A DNA stretch of 64,000 nucleotides from the human T2T-CHM13v2.0 reference genome, Homo sapiens. Of this stretch, positions 42,181 to 55,323 are shown piece after piece. The notes under the pieces were generated by a model. The model did not search any database. It had not been told where the DNA came from and worked only from the letters and a program-made list of their open reading frames with translations. The stretch lies in NCBI RefSeq assembly GCF_009914755.1, contig NC_060937.1; one strand, written 5' to 3'. A program made the translations under genes and the position numbers. Within the stretch, counting starts at the first letter, position 1; the number at the start of each line of letters is the position of its first letter.

Positions 42181-42388
42181 TGATTAATCCTTAATCCCAT
42201 CTGCCCTAAGAACAAAGAGCCTGTAAACCAATAAATTGGGTGGAGCCCGGGAGCTCTGGGCTATGAGCAAGCCACCAACTCTGGTCCCCTGGACCCACCT
42301 TTTAAATGGTTATTCTGTCTCTTTCTAACTCTTGTCTCTGCCAGACTTGGGATACCTGCTGGGTGGTATGGGGCTGGTTTCCCCAACA
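42179..42388 (+). mobile_element. Truncated 5' LTR (LTR14C-like), 3' part only
   Basis: Matches 49741-49972 of the 3' LTR; AATAAA at 42230; ends CCCCAACA. Confidence 0.93.
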
Positions 42389-42390
42389 TC

Positions 42391-42408
42391 TGGTGCCCAA
42401 CGTGGGGC
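42391..42408 (+). promoter_or_regulatory. Primer binding site, tRNA-Lys(CUU)
   Basis: TGGTGCCCAACGTGGGGC, one C>T from TGGCGCCCAACGTGGGGC, 2 nt after the LTR end. Confidence 0.93.
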
Positions 42409-42559
42409 TCCCCATAAACTCTACAAATAATCAGGTGAAGAAATACCAGAGCATGGAAAGTGGAGGACGACTGACGAAGGATGCTTGAGTACGTTTTTCA
42501 CTTCATGCTCTATGGGTAAGTAGGGCCCTCAGAGAATTCCAGGGTAACCTCAGGAAAAT

Positions 42560-44428
42560 ATGGGTCAGGCTGAAGGTAAGTTTGCTAATTATTTAAGCCT
42601 GGTGCAGCAGTTATTGCACCGCAGGGGGTGGTAATTGTGAGTACCCAAAATCTCACATCTTTGTTCCATCTCATAGAAAAGTATTCTCCTTGGTTCCTGG
42701 AATACAGAACCATGAATGTAAAAGATTGGGACAAGGTCAGAACAGACTTAAAACGAGCACAGTAAGAGGGCCATGATATTCCCTTCTCCACTTGGTCTGT
42801 GTGATCGGCAATTAAAACAGCATTGGAGCCCTTCCACACTGAGAAGGAGGATGAGGAGTTTCAGGATGACAGAAAAGTTTAATAATCGGGAGTCTGATGA
42901 TCAGCAAAGTGAACCATCACAGTCTAGTTTAAAAAAGGGGGAGAAACGGGAAGCTATATATGCTAACCTCCAAAAACTTATCAAAGAAACAGTTCCACCT
43001 ACTGCAGAAACAGTGCCACCTACTGCGCCTTTAGGGGAAGGTCCAGAATGGCCACTCCCACCTCAGCCTTATGAATTTTTGGAACAGGAGCCTGAGACGC
43101 GGCTTGCCACTCCCATTGTTGCATGCCCCACCATTAACTATGGTGAAGGAAAGCTTCAGGCTTGCCCAACAGCCAGTTACGGTGAGGGAATGATCCAGGC
43201 TTGTCCACCTGTTAATTATGGTAGAAGAATGCTGCAAGCTGGCCCAAATACAAATTATGATGCAGGGATAATCCAGGCATCCATTCACCAGGCACGAGAA
43301 ATGGGGGATTTGGATGGTTGGCAGTTTCTGGTAATTATTTCGCCAGCTGAGAAGCCTGGAGAACATGCTCAAGCATGCTGGTAGCCATTTCCTTTTAAAA
43401 TATTAAAAGACTTAAAGCAAGCAATTGGACAATATGGGCCAGATTCTCCTTGTGTTCATTCCTTGTTACAATCTGTGACTTATAACCGGCGTTTAAAACC
43501 CATGGATTGGGAGTCATTAGCCTGATCAACCCTGTCCCCCTCTCAATTTCTCCAATTTAAAACCTGGTGGATGGACGAATCAACAAATCAGGCATGCAGA
43601 AATGCTCAAGCCCAAACTCCCGTTAATATCACATCTGATCAACTGCTTGGAATTGGACAGGCATGGGGTACTCTAAATCAACAGATGGTAATGGGTGATG
43701 AGGCTGCTGATCAGCTCAGAACTATATGCCTAAGAGCCTGGGAAAAAATTCACTACCCTGGTACTACTTATCCTTCTTTTAACTCAGTTCGACAGGGTCC
43801 AAGTGAGCCTTATCCAGATTTTATCACCCATTTGCAAGATGCGGCTCAAAAGGCTATTTTGGATTCTCATGCCAGGTAAGTGATCATTCAGCTGCTTGCT
43901 TATGAAAATGCAAATACATAATGTCAGGCAGCAATTAGACCTATTAAGGGAAAGGCAGATCTAAATGAGGAAAAAACATTAAGTGAATACATTAAAACCT
44001 GTGATGGCATTGGGGGGCACTTATAAGGCCAGTCTCCTTGCTCAGGCAATGGCTGGACTAAGGGTAACAAAAAACACATGAGTGTTCCCTGGATCTTGCT
44101 ATAATTGTGGAGAGATAGGACATACGAAGAGTGTACAAAGAGCCAAAAAAGGCAAAACTCAGGAGGAAAAAGCAGCGAACCAGGTACCTGTCCTAGATGT
44201 AAGAAAGGAAAACACTGAGCTAATCAATGTCATTCAAAGTTTGATAATAGCAGACAGCCCTTGCCGGGAAACAGACAGAGGGGCCAGCCCCAAGCTCTGA
44301 TTCAAAACGGGGCATTCCCAATTCAGGACAGGACATCCCTGACTCCAAACAGAGTGTTCCTGGCACAGTCTATCCCTGTACAAATGTACAGCAATTGTCC
44401 TCCTCCACAGCTAAAGGCAGGGCAGTAG
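42560..44428 (+). pseudogene. gag: HERV-K gag (MA, CA, NC), disrupted
   Basis: MGQAEGKFANYLSL N-terminus; PPTAP; MHR-like VRQGPSEPYPDFITHL; two CCHC-type knuckles (CYNCGEIGH, CPRCKKGKH); ends NCPPPQLKAGQ*; several stops and frameshifts. Confidence 0.92.
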
Positions 44429-44810
44429 ATTTATGCTGTACCAAAGCTGTATCCCTCCATCCTGGGGAGCCTCCTAGGAAGGTCCCAACGGGAGTTTACA
44501 GCCCATTGCCAAATGGCATGGTGGGACTTACACTGAGAAGGTCCAGCTTAAACTTAAAGGGAATTCAAGCACATACTGGAGTAGTACTTACATACTGATT
44601 CTTGTTAACTTATGGGGGAGAGATCTGCTTCAGCAATGGGGCACAGAAATTTCAATCCCTTCTCCCTGGTATGGTGAAGCTCATCAAAAAATAATGTCAA
44701 ACATGGGCTATATTCCTGGAAAAGGCCTAGGAAAACAGGAGACGGGCATTATTGGACCCATACAGGTTACTGTAAAAAATGACCAAAAAGGATTAGGTTA
44801 CCATTTTTAG
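44266..44810 (+). pseudogene. pro: HERV-K pro (dUTPase-protease-G-patch) with internal deletion
   Basis: GGGAAAC slippery site at 44266; dUTPase motifs AVDL, VPTG, RSSL, HTGVV; jumps at ~44586 to NLWGRDLL and G-patch MGYIPGKGLGK. Confidence 0.88.
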
Positions 44811-47431
44811 GGGTAGTCATTGTTGGGCCTCCAAGTCCTATTCCCTTAAAATGGAAGACGCAAAATCCTGTTTGGGTTGAGCAGTGGTTGCTTTCTCAGG
44901 AAAAATTGGGGGCCTTACAGGAATTAGTCAAAGAGCAATTAAACAAATGAAACATTGAGCCAACATTTTCTCCATGGAATTCGCCAATGTTTGTAATAAA
45001 GAAAAAAGCTGGCAGATGGGACATGCTAAGTGACTTACAAGTGGTCAATGCAGTCATCCAGCTGATGGGGGCCCTGCAGCTGGGGCTTCCTTCCCCCACC
45101 ATGATTCCTAGAGACTGGCCATTAATAATTATAGATGTGAAGGACTGCTTTTGAAGTATTCCTCTAGCAGAGTCTGATTTTGAGAAATTTGCTTTTACTA
45201 TTCCTGCCGTGAACAACAAGGAACCAGTAGCCAGATATCATTGGAAAGTCCTGACACAGGGCATGTTGAATAGTCCTACTATTTGTCAAACTTTTGTGGG
45301 GAAGGCTATTCAACCTGTGAGAGATCAGTTTCCCAATTCGTATATCATTCATTATATGGATGACATATTGTGTGCGGCCGAAAATCGAGACCGACTTATC
45401 CAGTGTTATTCATATTTACAGGAGGTGGTAGCCAATGCTGGGTTGCTCATAGCACCAGATAAAATTCAAATGGCCACTCATTTCCAATATTGGAGAATGC
45501 AGGTTCAGGAAAGGGCAATTAAACCCCAAAAGGTTCAAATTCAAAAAGACTCTCTGAAAACTTTAAATGATTTTCAAAAATTATTAGGGGATATCAATTG
45601 GATTCAACCTACTTTGGGAATCCCTACCTATGCTATGTCTAATCTGTTCTCTATTTAAGAGGAGACCCTGCTCTCAATAGTAAATGAGAACTGACTCCTG
45701 AAGCTGCCAAAGAATTACAAATGATTGAAGAAAAAAATACAACAGGCCCAGGTTAATAGAATAGACTCAAGTTTACCATTACAGTTCATTGTGTTCCCTA
45801 CTCTCCATTCTCCTACAGGGGTTATAATTCAGAGTGAAGACTTAGTTGAATGGTCTTTTCTGCCTCACAATACTGTTAGAACACTCACAGTATACTTGGA
45901 TCAGATGGCAATCTTGATTGGGCAAGCTCACCTTAGAGTTGTTAAACTTTGTGGCTCAGATCCAGATAAGATTATAGTTCCAAAGATTAAAAATCAGATT
46001 TGGCAAGCCTTTGTTAATTCGGTCGATTGGCAAATAAATTTAGCTGGATTCATTGGAGTTATTGACAATCATTATTCAAAAAACAAACTTTTTCAGTTTT
46101 TAAAGCTAACAACATGGGTCCTTCCAAAAATTACCCCTAGTGCTCCATTGGAAGGAGCAGTTAACTGTGTTTACAGATGGATCTAGCAATGGAAAAGCAG
46201 CTTATGTAGGACTCAAAAACAGAATTATTCACACTGACTTTCAATCAGCACAGAGGGCTGAATTAGAGGCAGTTATAGCTGTGTTAGAAGACTTTAAGCA
46301 ACCTGTAAAGATTGTCTCTGATTCAGCTTATGTTGTTCAAGCCACTCAATATATAGAAACTACACTCATTAAATATCTTGTGGATGAACAACTCTATCAG
46401 CTGTTTTCTTCTTTACAAAAGGCAGTGCATGATCGCTGTTTTCCTTTCTATATTATGCACATTCAAGCAAACACTAATCTTCCTGGGCCCTTGTAAGGGA
46501 TAACGATCAAGCTGATTTACTAGTTTCCACTATGCTTACTAATGCCCAAGATTTTCACTCCCGAACACATGTTAATGCAGCAGGACTTAAACAAAAATAC
46601 CAGATTACTTGGAGACAGGCAAAGGACATTTTGCAACATTGCCTTCAGTGCCAGGTACTACAACTGCCACATGAAGGGACTGGTGTTAACCCATGGGGAT
46701 TAACCCACAATATGTTGTGGCAAATGGACATAACCTACGTACCTTCATTCAGGAAACTTTCATACGTCCATGTTACTATAGATACCTTTTCTCATTTTGT
46801 ATTGGCAACTTGCCAAACAGGTTAGGTGGTTGCTCATATTAAAAGACATTTACTTTCCTGTTTCGCTGCCATGGGCATCCCACAAAAGATTAAAACAGAC
46901 AATGGCCCAGGCTACTGCAGTAAATCTTTACAAGTGTTCCTTCAACAATGGCACATTGAGCACAGTACTGGAATACCCTATAATTCTCAAGGCCAAGCCA
47001 TTGTTGAACAGGCTAATCGAACCCTAAAATCTCAATTACAAAAACAAAAGACAGAGGGGGGAACCAGAGAATACTCTACTCCCCATATGCAGATACAATT
47101 GGCTCTTATCACTTTAAATTTTTTGAATTTATCTAGAGATCAGGTTACAACGGCAGCAAAGCAGCATTTGACAGGGCAAAAAATAAATTCTCATGAGGGA
47201 AAACATGTGTGGTGGAAGGATGTCAGAACCAAAACCTGGGAAAAAGGCAAAATCATTACAAGGGGTCAAGGGTTTGCTTGTATCTCACCAGGAGAGAATC
47301 AGCTTCCTGTCTGGGTACCCACAAGACATCTTAAGCTGTGCCATGAGCCAGAATCCAAGGAAGAGGAAAAGACCTCGGAACATCCCTGCACCCCCAGTTC
47401 GTCAGATGGCTCAGAAGAACGTCTCTGTTGA
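44790..47431 (+). pseudogene. pol: HERV-K pol (RT, RNase H, integrase), disrupted
   Basis: [13 protein letters not shown]; YMDD at 45353; RNase H TDGSSNG; integrase HHCC and WQMD/KTDNG/IVE; stops and frameshifts. Confidence 0.95.
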
Positions 47432-49360
47432 GCAGATGGAAACTGTAAAGCTCGCCAAGCAACTCCACCGACCTGGGGGCAGATGAAGAGAGTAGCTCCC
47501 ATTGCAGAAGAGAACCTGAGGTCTCAGAACAAGCCACTGACCATCAGTAATCTAATGGTAGCTATGATGGCAGTAATCTCCCTGGCAGTGAGTCTCGCCG
47601 TAGCTGAGACAGATCAAAATTACACTTATTGGCCGTACGTTCCATTCCCACCACTGATTAGGCCTGTTACATGGTTAGACTCCCCGGTGGAGGTTTATGT
47701 TAATGATAGTGTCTGGATGCCTGGACCAACAGATAAACGAGGTCCTACTCATCCAGAGGAGGAAGGAATGTTAATGAATGTTTCCATTGGTTATCACTTT
47801 CCTCCCATCTGCCTAGGGCTGGCAGCAGGATGTTTAAATTATAATAAACAAAGTTGAATGGTTTATGTCCCTGCACATAATGGATCAAAAGCCTCTATTC
47901 ATGCAATCAGTGGAAGAACATTTCAATCTTGGGACACTACAAAATACCTTGAGCACAGCTATGTTATGACACATCACCAGATTAATAAATTTAAACCTAA
48001 TAAAAAGCCCTGCCTTAGGCAGGCCACTAAATTGTCTGGAAAGCTAGAGGGGCTAACCTGGGAAGATTGTATTGCAAACAGCGCTGTTGTACTGCAAAAT
48101 AATTCCTATGGAATCATCATTGATTGGGCCCCTAGGGGACGCTTTGCAGTAAATTGTACTGGACAGCATGAAGATTGCAGAGAGATTCCTTTTGCAAATG
48201 ACTACCCAGATAATGCACCAAAATTATATAGAAGAATTGAAACAAATTACTCTATTAAGTGGGAGGAGAACGGTATGGCTCTTCCAAGACCGAAAATGAT
48301 TGATCCAATTATAAGTCCAGAACATCCAGAACTATGGAAATCAATGATGGCTCAAACCCCAATTCGGATTTGGAAAGGAGAAAATAAAACAGAAACCCAT
48401 AGTAAAAAACTTCGATTTGTTGTAGCCATGACCTCTAATCGGACAGTCCCATTGCAGAGTTGTGTTAAACCTCCTTTTAGGTTGGCAGTGGAAAAAATTA
48501 ATATCCTACCTGACTCTCAAACCATATCATGCCTCAATGGTCATCTTTTTTACCTGCATTAATTCTACCTTTAATAAAGATAATAACATTTTACTGGTTA
48601 AGTCCTGAGAAGGAATTTGGATACCTGTTTCCCTCAATAGACCTTGGGAGGCCTCTCCTTCCATACATATTATCACTGAAGTACTAAAAGGAATACTTAA
48701 TAGATCAAAGAGATTCATATTTACTTTAATAGCTGTGATCCTGGGCCTTATAGCTGTTACAGCTACTGCTGCTGCTGCTGTTGCTTTGCACTCTTCTATT
48801 CAAACTGCAGGCTTTGTGGATAGTTGGCAGAAAAATTCTTCTAAGCTTTGGAATTCCCAAAGCCAAATAGATCAAAAATTGGCAAATCAAATTAATGATC
48901 TCTGTCAAACAGTAATTTGGATGGGAGATTGGATTATGAATTTGGAGCATAGAATTCAAATGCAATGTGATTGGAATACTTCTGATTTTTGTATTACTCA
49001 TAGCTCCTATAATGCCACTGAGCACCATTGGGCGATGATTAGACATCACCTGCAAGGAAAAGAAGATAATTTAACATTAGATATTGCTAAACTGAAGAAA
49101 ACAAGTTTTTGAGGCATCTCAGGCTCATCTCACCCTGTTGCCTGGAGCTGACATTCTTGCTGGAGCCGCTGATGGCCTTTCTAATACCAATCCTTTAAAG
49201 TGGAGTAAAACCATAGGTAGATCAACAATTGCAAATTTTATTTTGGTTTGTGTCTGTTTATGCTGTTTGTTTTTAGTCTACAAATGCGGACAGCGCCTTG
49301 GGAGAGAAGCCAGATACCGTGAACGAGCCATGGCATAGCAATGGTGGTTATTAATTTAAA
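47343..49360 (+). pseudogene. env: HERV-K env (signal peptide, SU, TM), disrupted
   Basis: [18 protein letters not shown]; RSKR cleavage site at 48702-48713; fusion peptide [19 protein letters not shown]; LANQINDL; CDWNTSDFC. Confidence 0.92.
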
Positions 49361-49374
49361 AAAAAAAAAAAGAC

Positions 49375-49387
49375 AAAAAAGGGGGAC
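49375..49387 (+). other. Polypurine tract
   Basis: AAAAAAGGGGGA just before the TG of the 3' LTR. Confidence 0.9.
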
Positions 49388-49388
49388 A

Positions 49389-49972
49389 TGTGGGAAAGAG
49401 AGTTTCTGGGATGCCAGTTGAGTTGGTCTCCCCTGTGTGAGACACCCATGGGAAGCCATGGGCAGCCTCTGAGGAGAAAAGTCTCCTTATTGCCTTCATG
49501 TCTTTATGCCCCAAGAACATAACCGCTCAGCGGCATTCCACAGGTTGCTCAGGGAGATAAAACTCCCTTGAAGCAGTGAAGTATAATCAAACATCTTGGC
49601 TCCTCCTGAAACCATTCCCACCCATTTCATTCCCAATAAGTTAAAGATCTTAAGTAGTTTAGACACACGCCTTTGCTCAAGGAAATTCACAGAAACTGCC
49701 ACTGCTATACATCTTATTGAATGACTCAGAGTTCTCCTTCACTGATTAATCCTTTTCCTCATCCCTTCCTCCCCCTCCCATCTGCCCTAAGAACAAAGAG
49801 CTTGTAAACCAATAAATTAGGGGGATTCCTGAGAGCTCTGGGCCATGAGCAAGCCTCTAATGCTCCAGTTCCCTGGACCCACCTTTTAAATGCTTATTCT
49901 GTCTTTTTCTAACTCCTTTGTCTCTGCCAGACTCAAGGTACCCACTGTGGTGTGGGGCTGGTTTCCCCAACA
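49389..49972 (+). mobile_element. Complete 3' LTR, 584 bp (LTR14C-like; HERVK14C/HML-9)
   Basis: TGTGGGAAAGAGAG...TTTCCCCAACA; AATAAA at 49811; LTR14B is a possible alternative name. Confidence 0.88.
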
Positions 49973-50475
49973 TTATTTTACTCTTTTGTTAGTTCAGTCT
50001 CTGCAATTGATTCCTGTTCTGCTCGATATTGGATCAAAAATCCTCATGAATACGTCAGCTCTCCATGAGAGCCCTGGAAAATTTTCTGTCTATTCCAATG
50101 TTACAATCTCTAAAATTATGAGAAACCTATATTTAACAGTGATCCTTAGACTTCTATAGCTGGTTATAAACTGCCTTGTTAAAGGATTAAATTAAAATGT
50201 CTTAGAACAGCTATAGTTAAAGATACAATTGACAAGGAAATTTAGTTCTGTGTCATTCAACTATTTTACATAATAATTATAATTACTATTGATAACATAT
50301 ACTAAGACATATTAGAGTCACAGGAATCTCATATAATCTTGCAATAAATACTACTAACACATTTATATAAATATAATCCAAAGATGGTTAAACATCATTT
50401 TATATTTGACAATGCTTCCTATATGATTTTATTACATCAAATAAGCCAAACATTTATTTTTGGACTTCAAGGGAC
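49973..50475 (+). repeat. ~503-bp direct repeat, right copy
   Basis: Starts right after the LTR terminal CA and ends cttcaagggac like the left copy. Confidence 0.97.
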
Positions 50476-53400
50476 CTACTAACAAAAAATTAATGAGGTC
50501 AATAGGACTGAATTTAGCACGTGATTTTAGAAAGTTCATCAAACATAAAAAGTTTAAAACACTTGACATCACAGAATAGGATCACAGGTCACTGTAAAAT
50601 AAGTCATTCATTTAGCCAAAGTAAAAACTCAAAGATTTCCCCCTAAAAAGCAAAAACCTTTATTATTTGAGACAGGAGAATTAATTTCCCAAGCAATAAG
50701 CTCTAATAAAAACACCATGAGACTAGTTGAATCTGTCTCTCAAATGTTATAAACAAATCTATTTAATTTTAATTACCTTGACCCTAAGATATAATTTCCA
50801 TAAATCTTTTTATAAAATTTTATACTTTTTTTAAAGATTTGGTTAATGCTCCAAGAAAGGCTTATTATTCTGACTCAGGGGCCTATATGCTGCTCTTGCA
50901 TCAGTGTGCATTTGATATTAATGTTAAATTTATAGAGAAACTGAGTTAATTTTATCTCTCAAAATGGGCTATTACAATCTCATGTGACTACCTCTTCTGC
51001 AATAGTATCTGGGTCTACAGGGGTTCAATAGTTTTAATTTCTGGCTCTGTGTCTCACAAAGGCAGTTTATTTTGATTGTCATCATCTCTCAGTTCTGATG
51101 AAGGCTTTAACTGCTGTGAATGCTTAATATTTAGCAGTACTTGGTGTCCTTTTTAGACCCAGGAGTCAAAGTACTGTAATGTAATAGCACAGGACTCTAA
51201 AAGCAATACAGAAAGTTACATGGATATAAAAGGCTTAATTTTTTAAAGTTTTTAATTATTTGTTTTTAAGTTATAATTTGTTTTAATTTAAGTTTTCCTA
51301 GGGAAATCAAAACTTAGTAAAAATGACATAGAAATTATTTCAACAAAACATAAAATTTATTTGTTACACCAGTTACAAAAAGGCAAAAAAAGAAAAAACA
51401 AGAAAAGTCCTTCTGCAGTGTGATTGCTTGTCTTTCCCTATGGGGAGTTCATTTAGATAACTTGGAAGTCAAAACTAATAAAAATGATACTTGAATTAGT
51501 CAAACATAGGAAGAGTGTATCCTGGGGCATAAGTGGAGCTTTTTTGTTTCGTTAAAGCCAAAGGCACAGAATGTTATGTTGAAAGAAGATATTTCCTTTA
51601 GAGCTTTAAGATAAAACATTTTTCGCATCAGGCCGCAATAGCAGTTAGAACCCGAGAGAAAAAATTTGAAGGAGTTATTATTTCATGTTTTCTCAAATGG
51701 GGGAGAAAACTGAAAACAATGAGATGCAATAAAAGTCGAAATTTGGGGTTAAAATAAATTAAATCTCTTGTAATTTTATTACGAGCAAATAAATAAGACA
51801 ATTTTGGTGTTCCTACCAATTCTTTAGTGTGTTAGTGTATTTTTAATATCAAAGCCCAATATTTAGAAACACTTTTATAAATAATTTCCTTTTATTATAG
51901 CCAATGTGTTCATTTAAAGTTTTCTTTCTCATAAATTCTCTTTGTACAAATCTGATCATGACTTACACAAACCATTTGCATTATACTCAGACTTCCTGTT
52001 TTATCCTAAGCATCCCTCTCTCCTAAATAACCAATTATTTTACTTTAGGACAAAAATTATCTTACAAGATTATTTCCCATACACAATTATTTTCCTTTTA
52101 ACCTTTACTAGCTGAAACGCCTCTTTATATTTATAACTTTCTTTGCATCTCTCTTATTTATTGGTTCCTTTTACTTTGTTTCATAAGTAATCTTTAAATA
52201 ACTTTTGAATTAGGCAAAAATTATTTTCCTTTAAATAAGAACACATTTAAAAAATGATTTCCTATAATTTTTAAAACATTGGAAATGACCCAGACATTTA
52301 ATGACCATCTTTTATTTAGTTTAATATAATTTTAGATTCTAAATAATATGACAAATTTATTTATAAGCATTTATTCCATTACATTTACCTGATTAATTTA
52401 TTTTTAATAGTTTACCGTAGATTACTTATGAAAAATGTGATAGTTATTATTTAAAGTTATTTTCCTGTTAACCATTTGTATATCCTGTGAATTTCAGGTG
52501 TTTACTTAAGAATAATAAGGTTAAGTAATTCTTTTTGTCAATAACTCAAGATTTAGCTGTTTGTATTGAACAAGCAATATTAAATGCCTTATTTATAAAA
52601 AATGACACAAATAAAGATAATTCTCTTTTGGGCTGCATTTATAGCTTTATAACCCTCATGGCAAATTTTGACAGCTTATAATATCTAGCAGAGATAAATT
52701 TAAAACTATTTGACCAATAAATCTAAACAATAATGTATGCTGACAATTCTGAAGACATTTCTAATTTTATTTTACCAACGAGCTTACTTATTAAATATTA
52801 ATTTAAGTCAGGTAAACTTAAAATGGATTTGGGCTTAAAGCCTCTATTTTTCTGATACAGCATTTGATTTAAGCACTTTTTTTTCTTTACGCCAATGAAT
52901 TAGAGCTCTTTTTAATATTTTTTGTAGTGAAACATATACATGACATACATTATATATTAAATAAATACACAGATATATTAGATATGCAGGTAGAAGTACA
53001 TCTTATAGATCCACAAGACCCTTTTCTTTTTCTGCTATTTTAGACTTTCAATTTCTTGATAATCTGTTTCATTACTCCAGGCAACTGTAAGCTGGAGAGC
53101 CCTAAATTTGCTTACTTAAGTAACAACTCTTAGGTGAAAATCAGATAGCAAAATTCACACTTCAAAGTACAGAGAGATAGAGGAGAGAGAGATAGAGAAG
53201 AGAGAAAGAGAGTCTGTTGTATGAGAGGGAGATTAAAAATAGATGCCAAATCAAACATAAAATTCTATCTTCCACAGGATTGTATAAGAGGACCAATTTT
53301 ATTTAGTAGGTAGTTTTAAATTTAGTCTCTATCTTTTAACTGGATCACTGGGCTCTGAGCAAAGCTCCCACTGAATCCCAGGTCTGCAAAAAAAGGGCTG

Positions 53401-53649
53401 TCATGAGATTAAGCCACGTGATGCTTTTACACTGCACTTTGTTATAAAGACATTTCTCTGTCTAAACCACACCCTTTCTTATCTTAAACAATCAAGAGTA
53501 GCCCCTGTTGTAATAATTATTTAAGTCCAAAAAAATCATATAACACAATACAAAAACAAGTAGTTGAAGATCTGAGAGGAGCTTTTCTTTTTAAACTTTT
53601 GGAGTTTACGTAAGGAAAGACAAGGGTTTCTCTCCGAAAAGGAGTCTGG

Positions 53650-55323
<1,674 letters not shown>

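Noticed and set aside
42560-49360. Intact or domesticated viral ORF (for example a syncytin-like env)
   Set aside because: gag, pro, pol and env all carry several stops or frameshifts; the longest env piece is 234 aa.
42179-49972. Provirus as an L1-retrotransposed ERV RNA (processed copy)
   Set aside because: The 3' LTR is complete through U5 and its terminal CA, with no poly-A tail and no short L1-type TSD.
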